A DNA stretch of 16,277 bases from Planctomycetota bacterium (GTDB lineage: Bacteria > Planctomycetota > B15-G4 > SIAN01): contig JANNXA010000032.1 of assembly GCA_031409275.1 (NCBI GenBank), forward strand, positions 1 to 16,277, written 5' to 3'. The notes beneath the pieces are model-generated. The model had not been told where the DNA came from. It was given only the letters and a program-made list of their open reading frames with translations, and did not search any database. Shown piece by piece: positions 1 to 7,519 of this stretch (positions are counted from its first letter, which is position 1; the number at the start of each line of letters is the position of its first letter). A program made the position numbers and the translations under genes.

Positions 1-261
1 GTCGACGCATGACATCGTCGGAAAACCGCGCTCCTTCCTCAGCGGGTCGGCAGACCCGCATCGTCGGAGCCGCGATTTCCCTCCTCGTCCTGCGCCGACA
101 TCCCGTCGCCTCGCGACGGGGCTCGTGAATAAACCGGGCTAGCGCTAGCGATGCCGCCCGTGTCCGATCGGCGCCCGCCCGCCGTCCAAACGGCGCTCCG
201 CCCGAGATTGGCATGAGCCGCGCCTTTGACGGCTTCGACGGCGGGCCGCATCATCCGGCGC

Positions 262-3099
262 ATGTGGAAGCCGAGAAACTCCCCCCGCGTCCCGCTCCTT
301 CTTGCCCTGGTCGCGCTGCTCGCGCTGGTCGTCGCCGCGCCGCTTGCGACCTCGCGACCGGTGGTCCGGCCTCCCGTGCACGCGGCGGAGTGCGCCGCGG
401 TCGATCCGCTCGTCGATGCGAAATGCGACTGCAAGAGCGGGTTCGGGGCGTGCCAGCACACGCTGCGGTCGCCCTGGGGGATCAGCGAGGATCCGTGCTA
501 CTGCGATCGCTGCCGCGAAGTCATCGAACACACCGGCGACGACGTGCCCGACGGCATGAACCCGCTGTGTTTCGGAAGCGGTCGTTCGGCGTGCTACCTG
601 AAGCGACACAGCGCGGCGTGGCATCTGGCCTGCAGCGAGTGTGTGCAGAACGAGAAGTGCTGCCCCGTCGCCAACAGCAAGAACTGCCCCAACTGCAACG
701 ACGCCGGACCCGGGCCGCTCGACAAGGACGACATGGGGCGGCCGGCGAAGGAGACGGTGCTGGCGCGATTGAAGGCGGAGGCGACGCTCGCCGACAACGA
801 CCATCTGATCCTGATGTACAACCGCCACTTCTACCTGTGCAGCGACGTGCGCGACGTCAAGGTGAAGATGCGCAACGGCTTTCGCGTCTTCAACGGACAT
901 GAGTACGCGCACCTGATGCTCGAGCGCGCCGAGATGGCGCGCAAGGAGTTCGTGCAGGCGTTCGGCGATCGCCTGGTGCTGAAGAAGCCGGTGGCGATCT
1001 TCCTGCCCGCGCAGGAAGGCGATGCGGCGTCGTTCCAGGGCGCCTACATGGGCTCGCCGAAAACCAATCAGCTCTACGGCGTCGGCGATGGCCCGAGCTT
1101 CGTCGGCGGCTTCTGTGGCAACGGCTTCTGCTCGTCCGGACAGAAGTATCGACCCGACGAGGGGCTCCACTTCGTCATGCGGCACATGATCGGCCACTCG
1201 CTGATCTCGGCATGGGTGGTCGGCGACGGCAACAATCGCACGTTGCCGCGCTGGCTGTTCGAAGGCGTGGGCCACTGGCTGTCGCGCCACCAGAAGCGCT
1301 TCAAGGACCTCGTGACCTACTGCGCCGACGAAGGGCAACCGGTGTCGGGCAGCGGCAAGGGGTGGGAGGCGGACTGCGCGAAGATGGCGGGACGCGCCAA
1401 GCTCGATTCGATCGAGAAGCTCTTCGGCAAGACGGCCATCGGCCAGCTGACCTACGAAGATCACCAGCGCTCCTGGAGCTACCTCGACCTCTGCCTCGAG
1501 GAGTGGCGCGAGCCGTTCGTCGCGATGCTGGCCGACCTGCGCCAGCAGAAGGAGGTGCGCGACTCCTTCATGAAGCACCTCGAATGCACGCCGGAGATCT
1601 TCGATCAGCGCTGGCGCGAGCGGTTGACCGGCAAGCGCCGCACGATGGACCCGAAGAAGGTCGAGGAGGGCGTCCTCGCCACCAACGAGACCCCGGGCTC
1701 GCGCGAGCGCAAAGGGCTGAAGAGCGAGCTCGAATTGCCCGCGTTGGCGGCACGCATTCGCGCGCTCGGCACGGTGGACGATCCGGCGACGGTCGACACG
1801 CTGCTCGATCTGCTGAGCAAGGACAGCGAGCTGGTGCGCGAATCGGTCATGGTCTCGCTGCTCAAGATGAAGGAGACGGAGTGCGTCGCCCGGATCGACG
1901 AGTACGGGCTCGTCCACGCCGAAGCGATCGTCCGCGCCTACTCGGCGCGCGCCTGCGGCAAGTTCAGGGTCGTCGCGGCGCTCGAGAAGCTGCGCGCGAT
2001 GTTCGCTGGCGACCGCAACTGGCTCGCGCGCGCCGAAGCGGCCATCGCGTGCGGCCGCATGAACGACACGGTGTCGATCGGCGCGCTGGCGAAGATGGTC
2101 GCCACCGACTCCGCGCAGAAGGCGCAGCTCGCCGCGATGGATGCGCTGGGGATGTTGGGGACCGAGGCGGAGGAGTCGATCCCCGAGGTCGCGAAGAACC
2201 TCGCCGCCGAGCCGTGGCAGCTGCGCGTCGCCGCGTGCCAGTCGCTTGGCGAGATCGGCAGCATGAAGGCGGTCGACGCGCTGATCGCCCGCATGGAAGT
2301 CGAGCAGGGCCACGTCCACGAGGAGATCCACGACGCGCTGAAGAAGATCTGCCGCTACGACCAGGGGCAGTTCGTCGCCGAGTGGAAGAAGTGGTGGGAG
2401 CGGGAGAAGGCCGCGCGCGGCGGCGGCCTGCCCGAGCGGCCGAAGACTCCGGCCAAGGAGGCGGCCGACCGCTACGCGACCGCGCCGCGCTACTACGGCA
2501 TCTCGATCTACTCGAACCGGATCGGCTTCGTCCTCGACACCTCGTTGTCGATGGACTCGAACTTCGAGCCCGATCCGAAGGCGACCAAGTCGTTGTCGCG
2601 CGACTACTCCGGCTCGACCAAGCTGCAGATCTGCAAGGAGGAGATCGCACAGACGCTGACCAACCTCAGCTCGCGCGCCCACTTCTCGATCATCGTCTTC
2701 AACACCGGCATCAAGTCGTACGACAAGACGCCGGTCGCGGCTTCGCCCGGCAACGTGGAGGCGGCGAAGAACTGGCTGCAGTCGTTGCCGCCCGTCGGGG
2801 AGACCAATTACTACGGAGGTCTGCGCGCGGCGCTCAACCTCGACGAGAACAGCAACGAGTGGCAGGCCAACTTCGAGGCAACCCCTGACACGCTGACCTT
2901 CCTCACCGACGGCATGCCGACGCAAGGCGAGATCACCGACGCCGACACGCTGCTCGAGTGGTACACCGCGCTGAACCGCTATGCCCGCATCCGCACACAC
3001 GTCATCGCGTTCGGCACCAAGGGCGTCGACATCCAGATGCTGCAGCGGATGGCCGAGCAGAATGGCGGCAAGTTCGTGATGGTGCCGGAGAAGGGCTGA
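262..3099 (+). CDS. Exported multidomain protein: signal peptide, Cys-rich region, zincin (peptidase MA)-like region, HEAT repeats, C-terminal vWA domain (~945 aa)
   Basis: ORF 226..3099. ATG at 262 gives a basic N-region plus hydrophobic stretch (MWKPRNSPRVPLLLALVALLALVVAAPLA). 15 Cys at 391-696. HEYAH at 898-912; HMIGH at 1183-1197 followed by LPRWLFEG. HEAT-like repeats (WLARAEAAIACG, WQLRVAACQSLG) ending in WKKWW. vWA MIDAS elements DTSLS (2536-2550), GETN and LTDG. Strong GC3 codon bias in this frame. Confidence 0.88.
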   Translation: MWKPRNSPRVPLLLALVALLALVVAAPLATSRPVVRPPVHAAECAAVDPLVDAKCDCKSGFGACQHTLRSPWGISEDPCYCDRCREVIEHTGDDVPDGMNPLCFGSGRSACYLKRHSAAWHLACSECVQNEKCCPVANSKNCPNCNDAGPGPLDKDDMGRPAKETVLARLKAEATLADNDHLILMYNRHFYLCSDVRDVKVKMRNGFRVFNGHEYAHLMLERAEMARKEFVQAFGDRLVLKKPVAIFLPAQEGDAASFQGAYMGSPKTNQLYGVGDGPSFVGGFCGNGFCSSGQKYRPDEGLHFVMRHMIGHSLISAWVVGDGNNRTLPRWLFEGVGHWLSRHQKRFKDLVTYCADEGQPVSGSGKGWEADCAKMAGRAKLDSIEKLFGKTAIGQLTYEDHQRSWSYLDLCLEEWREPFVAMLADLRQQKEVRDSFMKHLECTPEIFDQRWRERLTGKRRTMDPKKVEEGVLATNETPGSRERKGLKSELELPALAARIRALGTVDDPATVDTLLDLLSKDSELVRESVMVSLLKMKETECVARIDEYGLVHAEAIVRAYSARACGKFRVVAALEKLRAMFAGDRNWLARAEAAIACGRMNDTVSIGALAKMVATDSAQKAQLAAMDALGMLGTEAEESIPEVAKNLAAEPWQLRVAACQSLGEIGSMKAVDALIARMEVEQGHVHEEIHDALKKICRYDQGQFVAEWKKWWEREKAARGGGLPERPKTPAKEAADRYATAPRYYGISIYSNRIGFVLDTSLSMDSNFEPDPKATKSLSRDYSGSTKLQICKEEIAQTLTNLSSRAHFSIIVFNTGIKSYDKTPVAASPGNVEAAKNWLQSLPPVGETNYYGGLRAALNLDENSNEWQANFEATPDTLTFLTDGMPTQGEITDADTLLEWYTALNRYARIRTHVIAFGTKGVDIQMLQRMAEQNGGKFVMVPEKG

Positions 3100-3123
3100 G
3101 CGGGAGGCGGTACCAGCCGGCGG

Positions 3124-5397
3124 CTACTGCGCGCCGCGCACCTTCGCCAGCACCGACCGCGCCTTCTTCGCCAGCGCGGGAGAGGGCTCGCCGACCAGCA
3201 TCGCCTCGATGGCGGCGATCGCCGGCTCGCCGTGGGCGGCGAGCGCTTCGACGGCGTCGAGCGCCTCGTCACGCACCCGACGGTCGGGATCGCGCAGCTG
3301 CTCCGAGAGGGTCACCACGGTCGCCGGCTCGGGGGCCGCGATCGCCGCGAAGGCGCCGATCGCCGCCGCGCGCACCTCCGGATCGTCGTCGTGGAGCCGC
3401 TCCGTCAGTCGCGACAATGCCGCCGCGGAGCTTCGATCGATGCGCTCGATCAGCCAGCACGCCCACTGTCGAACCGAGCCGTCGACGTCGTCGAGCGCCC
3501 GCGTCGCCGGCGCGAGCCAGGAGAGTCGCTCCGCCTCCTCGAGTGCGTCGTCGAGGCGATCATTGAGTTGGCCGAGCGCCCACTCGCGATGGATCGCGTC
3601 AGGCGCTTCGAGCTCGCGCAGCAGCCGCGCTCGAGCCGGCTCCGACTGGCCCTGATGGATGCGCAGCAGCGCCAGCGCGCTGTTCGTGGCGAGATCGATC
3701 GACGTGGTGTCGTCGCTCACCAGCAGCTCGAGCGCGCGCGTCGCGCCACGTGCGGACGGCCCGACTTTGCCGAGCGCCAGGACCACCTCGGCGCGCACGT
3801 TCGGGTCATCCTCTTTCGTCACCATCTGCTGCAGCGTCGACAAGGCCGCCTCAGCGGCGGACGGGTGGGCCGTGAGGACGGTCGCCGCCGCGACGCGGAC
3901 GCGCGCCTCGCGGTCCTTCAGGGCCTTCTGCACCGGCGCCCGCAGATCGGCGGGCAGGCGGTCGAGCTTCGCCATCGCGTCGAGCGCCGCGCATCGCACC
4001 GCGAGGTCGTCATCGCGAGCGCCGGCGGCCAGCAGCGGCAGCGCCGCCGTCGGCGCGAGGTCATGCTCGCGCAAGGTCTGAAGCGCGGCGAGTCGCACTT
4101 CGGGGCTGCGATCACTCGCGGCCTTCTGCAGCGCCTCGCTGAGCGGTTCCTCCGCGTCGTCTTCGGCGGCCCCGATCGCGCGGATCGCCGCGGCACGCAG
4201 CAGCGGCTCCTTGGCGCGGGCGAGTCGCAGCAAGGGCTCGGTGGCGTCGCGTCCACGGAACGGATGACCGCGGGTGGCGCGCAAAGCGGCGATGCGGATC
4301 GGCAGCAGCTCGTCCTCGAGTTGCGCGACTTGCAGCAGCGCGGCTCGGACCCGTTCCGAATCGTCGTTGAAGTCCGCCAGAGTGGCCGCGACGGCTTCGC
4401 GCAGCGCCGCGGGCTCGGACGGTTCGGCCAGCAGTCGGAGCAGGGTGGGAAGCGCCGCGTGCCCCTCCCACTCGAACTCCTTGGCCGCCTCGACCGCACC
4501 GACGCGCGACTCGAGCGGGAGCGTCGCGTCACCGGCGATCTCGACCAGCAGCGCCATCGATTGCGCGGCGGCGCGGTCGAGCCAGGAGAGGACGTTGAAC
4601 GCGACGCGCCGGACCCGTTGGCGCGGCGAACGGGCGCACTCGGCCAGCACCGGCCAGACCTCGGGAGCCTCGACGGCGCAACGCTGCAGTCCCCAAAGTG
4701 CGCTCGCAGCGACCTCGTCATCCGCGTGGCGAGTCGCGGCCATCAACGCCTCCTTCGCGACCAGCCCGAATCGGGCGAGCTCCTCAGCCGCCGTCTGCCG
4801 GACGCGGGGCCGTTCGCTGTCGAGGAACGGGAGGAGCGTCGCGAGCGTCTCCGGTCGCCACTCGCCGAGCAGTTGCAGCAGCGCTGCCGCTGCTCCGTCG
4901 TCGCGCTCCTCGCGAGCCGCCGCCGCCACCGCCTCCATGCCGTCGCGCGCCGCGCCCGGGTTGCGCCGCAGCGCCGCCGCCGCCATCCGTCGCACTCGCG
5001 CGGAGCGGTCGCGCAGCGCGGCGAAGAGCGACGCACGGACCGTTGCGTGGGGCAGGCCGAGGTGGTCGAGCGCCGCGATGGCGCCGAAGCGGACCTCCTC
5101 CTCGGGATCGGCCACGGCGGTGGCGAGCGCGTCGAGGGCGTTCGTCGACGGTTCCGTCAGTCGGCCGAGATCGTGCACGGCGCGCGCTCGCGTGGCGGCG
5201 TCACGGGAGGCGAGCTGTTCGATCAGCTCGACCTCCTTCGCCGCCGCGGCGCGCTCCTTGGCCGCGGCGCTCTTGCCCTGCGGAGGACTCAGGGCGGCGC
5301 GGGCATCTCCGGCCCCCGCCAACACCACCGCCACCCCGGTCGCTAGCAGCAGCGCTGCGTGGCGCGTGGCCGCGAAACCTCGACGAGCGCGTTTCAT
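3124..5397 (-). CDS. HEAT (PBS-lyase-type) repeat protein with N-terminal signal peptide (757 aa)
   Basis: Many repeats of the form D..P.VR.AA..AL (DPEEEVRFGAIAAL, DRSPEVRLAALQTL, DDDPEVRAAAIGAF, DPDRRVRDEALDAV). N-terminus MKRARRGFAATRHAALLLATGVAVVLAGAGDARA has an AxA cleavage site. Confidence 0.88.
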   Translation of the reverse strand: MKRARRGFAATRHAALLLATGVAVVLAGAGDARAALSPPQGKSAAAKERAAAAKEVELIEQLASRDAATRARAVHDLGRLTEPSTNALDALATAVADPEEEVRFGAIAALDHLGLPHATVRASLFAALRDRSARVRRMAAAALRRNPGAARDGMEAVAAAAREERDDGAAAALLQLLGEWRPETLATLLPFLDSERPRVRQTAAEELARFGLVAKEALMAATRHADDEVAASALWGLQRCAVEAPEVWPVLAECARSPRQRVRRVAFNVLSWLDRAAAQSMALLVEIAGDATLPLESRVGAVEAAKEFEWEGHAALPTLLRLLAEPSEPAALREAVAATLADFNDDSERVRAALLQVAQLEDELLPIRIAALRATRGHPFRGRDATEPLLRLARAKEPLLRAAAIRAIGAAEDDAEEPLSEALQKAASDRSPEVRLAALQTLREHDLAPTAALPLLAAGARDDDLAVRCAALDAMAKLDRLPADLRAPVQKALKDREARVRVAAATVLTAHPSAAEAALSTLQQMVTKEDDPNVRAEVVLALGKVGPSARGATRALELLVSDDTTSIDLATNSALALLRIHQGQSEPARARLLRELEAPDAIHREWALGQLNDRLDDALEEAERLSWLAPATRALDDVDGSVRQWACWLIERIDRSSAAALSRLTERLHDDDPEVRAAAIGAFAAIAAPEPATVVTLSEQLRDPDRRVRDEALDAVEALAAHGEPAIAAIEAMLVGEPSPALAKKARSVLAKVRGAQ

Positions 5398-5553
5398 GGG
5401 ACCATCTCCCGCTCATGGCGCCGCCGAGCGTCGGCACGCTGCCGCATGATGCGCCAACGGAGCCGACGACCGGCACCGCCGTCGCGGTGGCACGTACCAT
5501 CGTCGCGCCTCTCTTTCGAGTGCGGCGGCACGCCGCGATCGCCGGAGCCTGCG

Positions 5554-5976
5554 ATGCCCCGTTTCGACGACCTGGTCATGCGATTGCGCGAGATCTGCCG
5601 CGCCCTGCCCGACACCAAGGTCACGATGACCTGGGGAACGCCGCACTTCCGGGTCGGCGAGAAGATCTTCCTCGGCTGCAACGACGAGGCCGGTCGGCTG
5701 ACCATCGGCTTCAAGCTCGACAAGGCGCACGCCGCCGAGCTGGTGCGTAGCGACTCGCGTGTCCGGATCGCGCCGTACGTCGGAAAACATGGCTGGGTCG
5801 AGCTCGACGTCGGCGGCAGTGTCGATTGGGACGAGGTGCGCGGCTACGTGCTGGAGAGTTACCGCCGCATCGCGCCGAAGCGGTTGCTCGCCCGCCTCGG
5901 CCTCGAGGCACCGCCCTCGCGCATGGCGCCGCCGCGGGCTCCAACGAAGCGCCAGCCGTCGAAGCGACCGCGGTGA
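5554..5976 (+). CDS. MmcQ/YjbR family putative DNA-binding protein (~140 aa)
   Basis: Motifs ICRALP..TWGTPHFRVGEKIF, APYVGKHGWV and DWDEVRGYVLESYRRIAPKRL are typical of YjbR (PF04237). GGAG at 5544-5547 precedes ATG 5554. The longer ORF start at 5359 overlaps the divergent gene and is unlikely. Confidence 0.88.
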   Translation: MPRFDDLVMRLREICRALPDTKVTMTWGTPHFRVGEKIFLGCNDEAGRLTIGFKLDKAHAAELVRSDSRVRIAPYVGKHGWVELDVGGSVDWDEVRGYVLESYRRIAPKRLLARLGLEAPPSRMAPPRAPTKRQPSKRPR

Positions 5977-6114
5977 TGCTCCTCCTCCCGGCGGCCGCTT
6001 CCGGGACGTAGACTCCCGCCGCTTCGGGAGTCCCGGCGCCGCCGCATTGGCCCGCCCCCTCCCGGCATAGGAGCCGGCAGCGCCGCTCGCGCGCGCTCGC
6101 CGCATGCGACGACC

Positions 6115-7470
6115 ATGATCGTCATGAAGTTCGGTGGCACCTCGGTGGGCGACGCGGCGAACATCGGTCGCGTCGTCGAGTTGGTGCGAGCGCGGCTCGC
6201 CGATCGGCCATGTGTGGTCGTGTCGGCCCACTCCGGCGTCACCGACGCACTGCTCGAACAGGCGCAGAAGGCGGTCGCGGGCAAACACGACCTCACTCCT
6301 CTTCGCGAGCGCCACCAGAAGATCTGCGATGAGCTCGGCGTCAAGGTGCCGGAACACGACGGACTGTTCCAGGAGCTCGGCGATCTGCTGCGCGGCATCT
6401 CGCTGGTCGCCGAATCGACGCCGCGCCTGCTCGACCATGTGGCAAGTTTCGGCGAGCGCCTTTCCGTGCAGACCATCGCCGCGGCATTGCGCCACGCCGG
6501 AGTCGGAGCGGAGGCCGTGATGGCGTACGACGCCGGCCTGCGCACCGACTCGCGCTACCAGCGCGCCCGTCCGCTGCCGGAGAGCTACGCCGCGATCGAG
6601 GCTCAGCTCGCCAAGCGCGATGCGGTGTGCGTGGTCACCGGCTTCATCGCCAAGGATGCGACCGGCTCGATCACCACCATCGGCCGCAACGGCTCCGACT
6701 ACAGCGCCTCGCTGTTCGGCCGCGCGTTGCACGCCAGCGAGATCCAGATCTGGACCGACGTTCCCGGGGTGATGACGGCCGATCCGCGCCTCGTCCCTGA
6801 TGCGCGCCCGATCGAATCGATGACCTACGACGAAGCGGCCGAGATCGCCTTCTGCGGCGGCAAGGTGCTCCATCCGGCGACGCTGCAGCCGGCCGTCGAA
6901 GCGGACATCCCGGTCCGCGTGCTCGACACGCGCAATCCCAACGGTCCCAACACCGTGATCTGGCGCGAGGTGTCGTCGTCGCGACCGGTCGTGCGCACCG
7001 TCGTCCAAAAGCGCGGCATCTGCCTCGTGAACATCGTGACGCCACGCATGCTCGGCGCGCACGGCTACATGGCGCGCATCTTCGACGCCGCCGCTCGCCA
7101 CGAAGTGGCGCTCGACATGATCGCGACCACCGAGATCTCGGTCTCCGCGACGGTCGAGGACGATCGCCGCCGCCTGCCCGCGCTGCTAGCCGAGCTGCAG
7201 CAGCTCGGCGAGGTGACCATCGATCGGCAGGTCGCCGCCGTCGCGGTCGTCGGCCACGCCGTTGGCGAATCGCCCGAGACCCTTGGCACGCTCTTCTCGA
7301 CGCTCGCCCGCGAAGGCATCGCGTTGCGCATGGTGTCGATGGGCGCGCGCCGGACCAACGTCGGCATCGTCGTCAACGAGGCCGACACCGCCCGCGCCGT
7401 GCAGTCGCTCCACGCCGCGCTCTGCCTCGAGCCGCAGCTCGCCAAGGCGAAGGCCGCCACCGCACGCTGA
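6115..7470 (+). CDS. lysC: Aspartate kinase, monofunctional, with two ACT domains (LysC/AKIII-like, 451 aa)
   Basis: VMKFGGTSVGDA, GRNGSDYSA, WTDVPGVMTADPRLVP and KVLHPATL motifs. ACT1 (MLGAHGYMARIFDAAARHEVALDMIATTEISVS) resembles the lysine-binding ACT domain of E. coli AKIII. Confidence 0.93.
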   Translation: MIVMKFGGTSVGDAANIGRVVELVRARLADRPCVVVSAHSGVTDALLEQAQKAVAGKHDLTPLRERHQKICDELGVKVPEHDGLFQELGDLLRGISLVAESTPRLLDHVASFGERLSVQTIAAALRHAGVGAEAVMAYDAGLRTDSRYQRARPLPESYAAIEAQLAKRDAVCVVTGFIAKDATGSITTIGRNGSDYSASLFGRALHASEIQIWTDVPGVMTADPRLVPDARPIESMTYDEAAEIAFCGGKVLHPATLQPAVEADIPVRVLDTRNPNGPNTVIWREVSSSRPVVRTVVQKRGICLVNIVTPRMLGAHGYMARIFDAAARHEVALDMIATTEISVSATVEDDRRRLPALLAELQQLGEVTIDRQVAAVAVVGHAVGESPETLGTLFSTLAREGIALRMVSMGARRTNVGIVVNEADTARAVQSLHAALCLEPQLAKAKAATAR

Positions 7471-7519
7471 GGCGCTTGCGGCCGCTATGACGGGCGCGCG
7501 TTGCTTCTCGGAGCTGCGA

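Noticed and set aside
391..696. Multiheme cytochrome c in the Cys-rich region
   Set aside because: The CxxC pairs are followed by R, V and N rather than His, so there is no CxxCH.
145..3000. 951-aa minus-strand ORF (and 1212..2888 + alternate-frame ORF)
   Set aside because: Shadow of the HEAT-vWA gene. Composition is rich in Arg/Val/Leu/Ala with no motifs, as expected from strong GC3 bias suppressing stop codons.
5977..6114. Lysine riboswitch upstream of lysC
   Set aside because: The region is only 138 bp, and I cannot see the conserved lysine riboswitch core or a terminator U-tract.
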